From: Mobula hypostoma
Taxonomy: Eukaryota
DNA: 64,000 nt
Direction: 5' to 3'
Assembly (NCBI RefSeq): GCF_963921235.1
Contig: NC_086108.1
Coordinates: 3,658,001 to 3,722,000 of the forward strand
Of the stretch, positions 36,291 through 46,528 are shown piece after piece; the first letter of the stretch is position 1, and each line of letters opens with the position of its first letter. The notes under the pieces were generated by a model that had not been told where the DNA came from, searched no databases, and was given only the letters and a program-made list of their open reading frames with translations. A program made the translations under genes and the position numbers.

Positions 36291-39086
36291 GATTCTTGCG
36301 ACACACGATTCGTTCAGAATCAGAATCTCGATAAGGTTTCTGATCAATAACCTTTCTAATTTTATATGTCGTAAATTTTGTTCTTTTGCGATAGCATTAC
36401 AGTGCAAAGACATAAAATAACGAGAGTTACAAAACAAATGCGTAACAGTTCAGAAATCTTACGATGGAGAATTGATTGTGTTCAACCTTTCGCGACCGCG
36501 CAGAAAATGTAATTGTCGGAATGTGGAATCTTACAGCCCCAGATCTAATACCCGAAGGCGAGCGGGGTTGAGTTCAAAGGAGATGTGCGGGGTAAGGAGT
36601 TTTTCTTCACACCGAGAGTGGCGGGGACGATCACAGCGTCCGAATCACCGGTTGGTGTGCGCACTTTCCTGGAATGCGCTGCCAGAGCTGGTGATGGACG
36701 CGAACATGACGGGCGTTCGGATACGCACACGAGTGTAACGGGAACGAGGCACAGGGACACTCTGCAGGCAGGTTCAGTTAGACCTCTAAGTAACCCGGCA
36801 CAACATTGTGGGTAGTAAGGTGCAATACACAACATATAATATACATTGTAAGAAATATATTAAAAAATAAACAATGTAAAAAGAGAGATGGTGTTCATTA
36901 TCTATTCAGAAATGGGCTGGCGGAGGAGAAGTTGTTCCTGAAACCCTGAGTGTGTGTAGCAATGGGAAGAGGGCATGTCGTGTGGGTGGGGGCCCTGAAT
37001 GATGGATGCCGCCTTTTAAAGCCGGCGGGGAGGCCTGTGCCCGTGGCGGTGCTGGCTGAGTACACAGCCCTCTCTCCGCAACCCTTTTCCGTTCGTGTGC
37101 GGGGGCGCCTCCGTACCAGACGGCACTGCAACCTGTCAGAATGCTCACCTGCAGAAAGTTGCTAGAGTCTTTGGTAACACACCAAATCTCCTCAAATTCC
37201 AGATGAAATATAGCCCCCGGCGTGCCTTTTTCATCGTTACATCTAAGCTCAATGTCGTAAATCAGGCCAAAAGCGACCGCATCTGTAAAGAAAAAAAATG
37301 TAGAGAAGAAATACTTATATAAAGTTATATAAAATATATAACTTTATATAATATATGTAGAAAATAAATATTTAAATAAAGTAAGCTTTCTCCTCAGTAA
37401 CCCCGTGAGTGTTTCCAGGAATGAATAGTTTTAGCCTGCCATTGTGTACAATCCGGGAAGATTCTTCCAGGATCGGGCATTGAGGTGGGAGAGCGTTCAG
37501 GGGGGAACAATACTTGCTCACACCACTCACTCTTTCAAGATGGGTGGCAGACAGGGGGGGGGATAAACGGGGAGGGGGATGAGGAACAGGGAGACGGTAA
37601 GACAGAGGGAAAGGGGAGAGAGAGAGAGAGAGGGACAGAGGGAGAGACAGATGGGGGGGGAGGTAGAGAGAGAGAGAGAGAGCAGTTGGTTGAATACTCC
37701 CAGCCACTGTCACGTCCCATGCGCGGTGATTGGACACAGTCCGCGAGTCAAGCTGCGAGAAAACACGAAAGCCGCACTCTCCCCGCTCACTTCCCATAGG
37801 CGCGTCTCTAACAAGGTTAAGACATGTTTTATTTGAAGCTTAAGGTTCTCCTATATCCATTTAACATATTTGACTCCCACCCCTCGCTAATTATACCGAT
37901 TTTACAGATCTGAGGGCTTGTCGAAGCCGGTTAGAAAGTACTCTGCAAATTCTAAACTCCCCTGTTATGATTCGTTTCCAGGCCCGTGCGAGACCTTCGG
38001 CCAGCGGACGTCTGCATCTTCCGAGTTATTTAAGCGTACTTCTCTGCAAACGCGGGTAAGCTCTAAATATCATTTGAACATTCAGCTTTTTTTTTCCCTA
38101 GTGGCGTCCGTCAAAGCAATAATACCACGGAAACTTTCTTTATCGTTACCACGCTTGTATGTCCGGAGGGATGCTGGTTTCACTAATAAGAATCACTTCT
38201 GCGCCCAAAGGGCAATTGTGAACTTTGCAAAAGTTAGAACAAAAGATACGACAGCAGAACGTGGCGCGATTAAAATAAAATTCGATAAATACCCACTTGA
38301 ATTCCCCGCGCTAGGACCAGGTAGGCAAGCGGCGAAAATGTCCAAGATCTGTGAAAACTATAATTTTAACTGGCTTATAAAAGATTTGACAATTCCAATG
38401 CCGTAATGTGACACTGGAAAATCCTCTCTTTTTTTACGAGTTTAACGTAAATTAATTCTAAGCATTATTTTCCAACTATTTACCCTTAAGCCTCGTAAGT
38501 AAACCCGAAATCACCCTCACCTCGCTGGTATATTTTTACCTTCAGTTTTTATTGGTAGAAAACTTTATTGATGCCTTAATTTTAGTTTAAACTTTGGACG
38601 CTTGTGGAAGAGAAATGTGAATATTTTAAACACTAATTTGTGTGCGTCTGCGTGTTTTCACCGGGCCTCTCTCTCTCGCTCTATCTCAGCGGCCGGAGAA
38701 CGAAAGCTTTACCATCTGAATCGAAATTTTACAATTTCCACAATATCCTTATAACGAAAATTAAATTACCCTCTGCATGGAATTAATCTCCCGTAATATA
38801 CATGTGATATTGTAAATAGAATATTATAAACACATAGCATCGAAACCACTAGTAACCGCAGATGTATCCGTATTAATAAGTGTCCTGTTGAAGGGCCTCG
38901 GCCCGAATCGGCGACTGCTTATTCATTTCCATAGATGCTGCCTGGCCCGCAGGTTTTCTCGTGTATGTGAGTAACAGTAGATGTTTGCTTTTTGAATTTT
39001 TTAAATTGGACTGACTCGACTGAAATTTGTTAGGCGCCGTTGTCACCATCCAGAATTCCTTAGAAAATTAATTTAAGTCGTTGTGA

Positions 39087-41627
39087 CACAAACACAAGAG
39101 ATTCTGCAGATGCTGGAAATCCAGAGTAACACAGACAAAATGCTGGAGGAACTCAGCAGGTCAGACAGTGTCGATGGTCAGAGTAACACACACAAAATGC
39201 TGGAGGAACTCAGCAGGTCAGACAGTGTCGATGGTCAGAGTAACACACACGAAATGCTGGAGGAACTCAGCAGGTCAGACAGTGTCGATGGTCAGAGTAA
39301 CACACACAAAATGCTGGAGGAACTCAGCAGGTCAGACAGTGTCGATGGTCAGAGTAACACACACGAAATGCTGGAGGAACTCAGCGGGTCAGAGAGTGTC
39401 GATGGTCAGAGTAACACACAGACAAAATGCTGGAGGAACTCAGCAAGTCAGACAGTGTCGATGGTCAGAGTAACACACACAAAATGCTGGAGGAACTCAG
39501 CAAGTCAGACAGTGTCTGAGGTCAGAGTAACACACACAAAATGCTGGAGGAACTCAGCAGGTCAGACAGCGTCGATGGTCAGAGTAACACACACAAAATG
39601 CTGGAGGAACTCAGCAGGTCAGACAGTGTCGATGGCCAGAGTAACACACAGACAAAATGCTGGAGGAACTCAGCAGGTCAGACAGTGTCGATGGTCAGAG
39701 TAACACACACAAAATGCTGGAGGAACTCAGCAGGTCAGACAGTGTCGATGGTCAGAGTAACACACACAAAATGCTGGAGGAACTCAGTGGGACAGACAGT
39801 GTCGATGGTCAGAGTAACACACAGACAAAATGCTGGAGGAACTCAGCAGGTCAGACAGTGTCGATGGCCAGAGTAACACACAGACAAAATGCTGGAGGAA
39901 CTCAGCAGGTCAGACAGTGTCGATGGTCAGAGTAACACACACAAAATGCTGGAGGAACTCAGCAGGTCAGACAGTGTCGATGGTCAGAGTAACACAGACA
40001 AAATGCTGGAGGAACTCAGCAGGTCAGATAGTGTCGATGGTCAGAGTAACACAGACAAAATGCTGGAGGAACTCAGTGGGTCAGATTGTGTCGATGGTCA
40101 GAGTAACACAGACAAAATGCTGGAGGAACTCAGCAGGTCAGAGAGTGTCGATGGTCAGAGTAACACACACGAAATGCTGGAGGAACTCAGCAGGTCAGAC
40201 AGTGTCGATGGTCAGAGTAACACACACGAAATGCTGGAGGAACTCAGCCAGTCAGACAGTGTCGATGGTCAGAGTAACACACAGACAAAATGCTGGAGGA
40301 ACTCAGCAGGTCAGACAGTGTCGATGGTCAGAGTAACACACACAAAATGCTGGAGGAACTCAGCCAGTCAGACAGTGTCGATGGTCAGAGTAACACACAC
40401 AAAATGCTGGAGGAACTCAGCAGGTCAGACAGTGTTGATGGTCAGAGTAACACACACAAAATGCTGGAGGAACTCAGCAGGTCAGACAGTGTCGATGGTC
40501 AGAGTAACACACACAAAATGCTGGAGGAACTCAGTGGGACAGACAGTGTCGATGGTCAGAGTAACACACAGACAAAATGCTGGAGGAACTCAGCAGGTCA
40601 GACAGTGTCGATGGTCAGAGTAACACAGACAAAATGCTGGAGGAACTCAGCAGGTCAGAGAGTGTCGATGGTCAGAGTAACACACACGAAATGCTGGAGG
40701 AACTCAGCCAGTCAGACAGTGTCGATGGTCAGAGTAACACACACAAAATGCTGGAGGAACTCAGCCAGTCAGACAGTGTCTGAGGTCAGAGTAACACACA
40801 CAAAATGCTGGAGGAACTCAGCAGGTCAGACAGCGTCGATGGTCAGAGTAACACACACAAAATGCTGAAGGAACTCAGCGGGTCAGACAGTGTCGATGGT
40901 CAGAGTAACACACACAAAATGCTGGAGGAACTCAGCAGGTCAGACAGTGTCGATGGTCAGAGTAACACACACAAAATGCTGGAGGAACTCGGCAGGTCAG
41001 ACAGTGTCGACGGTCAGAGTAACACACACAAAATGCTGGAGGAACTCAGCAGGTCAGACAGTGTCTGAGGTCAGAGTAACACACACAAAATGCTGGAGGA
41101 ACTCAGCAGGTCAGACAGTGTCTGAGGTCAGAGTAACACACACAAAATGCTGGAGGAACTCAGCCGGTCAGACAGTGTCTGAGGTCAGAGTAACACACAC
41201 AAAATGCTGGAGGAACTCAGCAGGTCAGACAGTGTCGACGGTCAGAGTAACACACACAAAATGCTGGAGGAACTCAGCAGGTCAGACAGTGTCTGAGGTC
41301 AGAGTAACACACACAAAATGCTGGAGGAACTCAGCCGGTCAGACAGATCAATGGTCAGAGTAACACACTCAAAATGCTGGAGGAACTCAGCAGGTCAGAC
41401 TGTCGATGGTCGGAGTAACACACACAAAATGCTGGAGGAACTCAGCAGGTCAGACAGTGTCGATGGTCAGAGTAACACACACAAAATGCTGGAGGAACTC
41501 AGCAGGTCAGACAGTGTCGATGGTCGGAGTAACACACACAAAATGCTGGAGGAACTCAGCAGGTCAGACAGTGTCGATAGAAAAGAGTAAACAGTCGACG
41601 TTTCGGGCCGAACCCCTTCACTGGGAC
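39087..41627 (-). mobile_element. PLE terminal unit containing the 57/59-bp minisatellite
   Basis: Starts AAACACAAGAGATTCTGCAGATGCTGGAAATCC and ends AAAGAGTAAACAGTCGACGTTTCGGGCCGAACCCCTTCACTGGGAC, the same ends as the unexpanded unit at 32736-32868. Confidence 0.85.
39122..41578. repeat. 57/59-bp minisatellite, about 43 copies
   Basis: Unit CAGAGTAACACACACAAAATGCTGGAGGAACTCAGCAGGTCAGACAGTGTCGATGGT; copy number estimated from length divided by unit. Confidence 0.97.
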
Positions 41628-41951
41628 ATCTTTAATAATGTATGTTTTGACTTACTGAAGGTACGAAAACAGGCTTGCTATCTACATGCGCGTGTTAAAT
41701 CCCACGTACATGTCGATATGTTTAATTTTGTGAGCATATTTTCGTTAATTTATACACGATCCTCTGCAAATCCACACACCGCCAATTTCGTTACTAAAAG
41801 AATGTGTTAAATTGCCGCACAAACCAGTCACTAAATTTACACACCTTCCATGGGATTGCCACACACGTCGTTATCTTTAACAATATGTGTTTTGGGTTGG
41901 AACAACCGTTTCACAACGATATTACACATTGAAGTGTGGCCCCGCGGCCAG

Positions 41952-42001
41952 CACACACACAGACACACACAGACACACACACACACACACACACACAGAC
42001 A

Positions 42002-42040
<39 letters not shown>

Positions 42041-42129
42041 ACACACACAGACACACACACAGACACACACACAGACACACACATACACACACATACACAC
42101 ACACACACACACACAGACACACACACACA

Positions 42130-42166
<37 letters not shown>

Positions 42167-42405
42167 ACACATACACACACAGACACACATACACACACAC
42201 ACATACACACACACACACACAGACACACACACACACACACAGACACACACACACAGACACACACACAGACACACACACAGACACACACACACACAGACAC
42301 ACACACACACACAGACACACACACAGACATACACATACACACACACACAGACACACACACACAGACACACACACACACAGACACACACACAGACACACAC
42401 ATACA

Positions 42406-42446
<41 letters not shown>

Positions 42447-42465
42447 ACACACACGCGCGCGCGCG
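41952..42465. repeat. Compound (CA)n microsatellite ending in (CG)n
   Basis: Direct observation. Confidence 0.97.
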
Positions 42466-44175
42466 TCATAAATATTTATTCTCGGGTATTTTTGAGTATT
42501 GAAGGTTTAGATAGCGAAGGTTCAAGACACCAAACACATATACAGTTACACCAAAAATACATTATAGACCCCCCCCCCCGCCCCCGCCAAGTCCCTGAGT
42601 GCGTTCCCCAAATTGAGGGTGCAGTTACCGGCAGTCCAAAGACAAAGCAAACACACACGCACGCAATCCAGCTTGTGAAAGTTTAGAGCAGGGGTTCCCA
42701 AACGTTCTTGTGCCATGGACCCCTATCATGAACCGAGGGGTTAGGAACCCCCGGTTTACCCTTCATTTATACACACCCCTCCCCTGCAGGTCCCACCACA
42801 ATGCCAATGTCGTTATACCTGTACATTTTAAATTGCCGGAGAAGATGTTAGAAAAAGTCACTGAATCTACACACCCTCGCTGGGAATTTCCACACGCGTC
42901 ACGGCCTTTATCGATGTACACACCGGGTTACCGGAGCTTTCGAACAGCCGTTGCGCCGCGATATTGCACACTGATCCCGCTCACACACACGCGCCAGTAA
43001 CTTTATTAACGTGCATTTTGTGTTACTGAAGGTTTAGTTGGGCACCTACGCATCCCCACCCTCCGCAAAAGCCACACAATGCCAATAGCATTATTAATTT
43101 TAGATTGTTAGCAGTTCAGAAGATATTTGCTAAATGCGCTGACTTTACATACATTGCGAGAAAATCCCACTCTTTATCAACGTGTATTCTGGGTTATTAG
43201 GAGAAGTTTCACCGCGACGTTACACACCAGCGCTACACACGTCGTTTTTCCCTTATTCGAATGCTCCTATGTCTTAAGGTCTTTTTCTATCACCGAAGGT
43301 CCAGTTTGCAATTTGCACAAAATGTTTGATTGCAAATCCCACACAGTGTCAATATCTTTATTAGCGTGTAAATTGGATTTCTGAAGCTTTAGAATGTAAC
43401 ATTTAACCTACGGTCTCCGCGGTTTCCCTGTCTCCATTAGCGACTGTATGAAATACATTATTGTAACTGTTTGTTGTAAGATGGTAACTTAGTGATAGAC
43501 TCTCGCGGGGGGTGGGGGGGAGGTATTAAAACCAGCAAAACTCTTGAAACGGCTTTTTTAACGCTGCGAGATCAGGACCGGGGCATTTCACCGGCGCGGG
43601 CAAACAAAGGGGAGACGAGAAGGCGCGTGAAAGTGCGGCATTGAATTATTCTTGGAAGAAAGTAAATGTTCCCACGTCCCCAATGGCTAAAACAAATCCC
43701 GTCAATCTTTTTTCCCCCAAGGGACAGATATTTATGAAACAAACCATATAAAGCAGAGATTTCAATCAGGGGTCCACGGTCCCCTCGATTAATTCTCAGG
43801 ATCCTGATGCACGATACAGTGTCCTGAGAGGGTCTCGGTCCGAAACGTCGACTATTTCTTCCTTTCCACAGGCACTGCCTGATCTGCTGAGTTCCTCCAG
43901 CATTTTGAGTGTGTTGGTCTGGATTTCCAGCATCTGCAGAATTTCTTGTGTACGTACAGAGAAACGTTCTCTTCTGTATAATTGTGCGTTACTGTTAATA
44001 ACTACAGAACTCGTTTACAATAAAACGCTTTGTTACAGAGTGCTTTTCCTCAAAACTAAGATTATTTTAAAGTACAGTCGATTGCAATCTTGCTGAAGGG
44101 TCTCGGCCCGAACATCGACTGTACTTTTTTTTCCATAGATGCTGCCTGGCCTGCTGAATTCCTCCAGCATTGTGT

Positions 44176-44212
<37 letters not shown>

Positions 44213-44324
44213 CGTTCTTGCTTTCCAGAATCTCTTGTGTTAACAATATCAATTGAAGTACGTCGTAGCTTTAAAAGAAAATGCTATTGTTTATTTATTT
44301 GTTTGTGTGTCGTTAGCAAAGATT

Positions 44325-44620
44325 CCCAGTGCGGTGTTAATATGTTCCGCGGGGGTTGTCAATGATAAGACAATAGCAGTAATTGAAGAGGAGTGGGCTC
44401 TTGATTTACCCGGCAGCCAAGTAAACAGGCCGGCCATTAACTCGAATTTCGATGTTGATAACATCTCTCTCGTTAAATGGGCGAACTGAGGTGTTGACCA
44501 TTGGCCTGATTATTAATTAGCGCGATCCCCCCTAATTGCGTTTTCTTTCTCCGGTGAGAGGGACGGGATATTTCATTACAGATTATCCTCTAACCTAAAA
44601 TATAGGCCTCCAGGAAAATG
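44325..44620. promoter_or_regulatory. Candidate conserved non-coding enhancer
   Basis: Unique CpG-containing sequence with GTAAACA (FOX), GATAAG (GATA), ACAAT (SOX) and several TAATT/ATTAAT motifs. Confidence 0.35.
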
Positions 44621-45019
44621 ATAAACACAAGAGATTCTGCAAATGCAGAATATAAAGTTGTGCGGTATTAAAATGAAACCGACGAAGGATTCTGCTTTTG
44701 GGGTTGTTTGGAGTGAACGCGCACAGGGATCGTAATCACAAATTAAATAGATACGTAGATGTGGATAATGAATCGCACCCGACTAAGAAGTTTTACTGAA
44801 TAAAGACGAGCTAGTGGCAACTTTTTTAGAGGGGAAATAATTATCTTTTAAAATATATTTTGCTCTCTTCCAATTCTCATTTAATTTGGTCACACTCACA
44901 CATACATGGGTTTTTCTTGTTTCGTGGATGTCTGCGGAGTAAGAATTTCAGTGTAAACGTTCTCTGATATTAAATTGAACCATTGATGTAGACAGACATA
45001 CATGGTATGTTCTATGTTG

Positions 45020-45335
45020 CAGGCGATCATTGGTCTCATGACCAAGATTGTTATTGGCTATATATAACCCTTGTGGGTGGCGTGTATGTGTATTTTTCCC
45101 TCACTCTCGGGTCTTCTACCAGAGGTCTGGGAGCTTCAGGATTTGGCGTAGTCTCTTTGCTGTTCCTAGTACTGTAGTGTGCTTTTCTGAACGAGATCTC
45201 AGATGTTGTTCCCAGGATTTGTTGGAGCCGCTCTCCCAGTCCAGGCGTCACAGCTCCAAGTGCTCCTATCACCATTCGGATTACTCTGGTTTTAACCTTC
45301 CACATCCTTTCTATCTGCTCCTTCAAGCCCCGGTA
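45020..45335 (-). mobile_element. R4/Dong (Rex6-like) LINE 3' fragment
   Basis: QIERMWKVKTRVIRMVIGALGAVTPGLGERLQQILGTTSEISF, the C-terminus of an RLE domain. Confidence 0.8.
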
Positions 45336-46393
45336 TTATAAATCTGTATATATATAAAATACCTTTTTCTTTGCAACACTGATTTGTTCTACCATTGGCT
45401 CTGCCGTCCAAACCGTAAGCTCTACGGTCAAGGCGGGCGAAACTCTTAATACGGCCTTTAATTAAGTAACCAAGTTGTTTAATTCTAAACTCATTTTTTG
45501 TGTTTGGTTCAAACTCCAAACTCTAATGACAAACAGGAGATAATCTGTAGATGCTGACGATCCAAAACAACACACACTGGGGACTCTAATTGCTCTTTAA
45601 TGAAACGCTTTAATAAAGTGTTTAATAGCTCTTTAATCAAACGCTTTAATAAAACGTAAAACTCGAATGCTGCCTTTCTGAATGCGGCTGGGTGAGGGAT
45701 CTCACCGGCGCGGGTGTTTCTTGCTGTAATTTGTGGATGTTTTAAATGTATCGCACCGTACTGGTGCCGCAAAGCAACTCATTTTACAATGTCCCTGACT
45801 ATAAACCTGATTCTGATTCATGTTTAGTACATGAAGTTTTTAATCAATTGAAAAGTTTCTAAAAATAATTAATGAACTATAATATACTGACATTATCGTC
45901 AAGGCTTTGTGTATTCCATAGGACTCCCAAAGGAATCGAAATCTGTTGTAATTAAGTACGTGTTTGGCACAGCATTGTGGGCCAAAGGGTCTGTATTGTG
46001 CTGTAGGTTTTCTATGTTTCTAAATAAATTGACCCGCTGAGCGTTTCTAGCAGTTTTTATTTCAGGATACTTGTATCTGGAGTTCCTATATTTCGTTCCT
46101 TGAGAACTATGTTACTTGAAAGTTTAGAGAAAGTTGTATTTATTTTTTATTAAGGAGTAAGCAAGCTTCACTCATCCCAACTCTGAACTGATCCACAACC
46201 TACGGACTCACTTTCAAGGACTCGAGAACTCGTGTTCTCGGTATTTATTACTTAACTACTTTGTCCCTCTCTTTGTACATTTGCACAGTTTGCACAATGG
46301 TTGTTTGCCTGTCAGATTCAAGATCAGGGTTAATGTCACCGGCATATGTCACGACATTTGTTACCTTGGCGGCAGCAGTACAGTAAATTACTG

Positions 46394-46437
<44 letters not shown>

Positions 46438-46450
46438 GCGTATATTAAAT

Positions 46451-46528
46451 CAACACACATCAAAGTTGCTGGTGAACGCAGCAGGCCAGGCAGCATCTCT
46501 AGGAAGAGGTACAGTCGACGTACAGACA
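46451..46528 (-). mobile_element. 78-bp PLE terminal insert with 12-bp TSD
   Basis: CGTATATTAAAT at 46439-46450 and 46529-46540; inside a Rex1 3'UTR. Confidence 0.8.

Noticed and set aside
37918..38406. 162-aa ORF in unique sequence
   Set aside because: Non-ATG start and no recognisable domain; treated as a chance ORF
39083..41590. MLEELSRSDSVDGQ repeat proteins, or a CRISPR-like array
   Set aside because: Pure tandem repeat with frameshifting 57/59-bp units, no unique spacers, no cas genes, eukaryotic context
41837..42686. HT/CV-rich ORFs
   Set aside because: Translations of the (CA)n microsatellite
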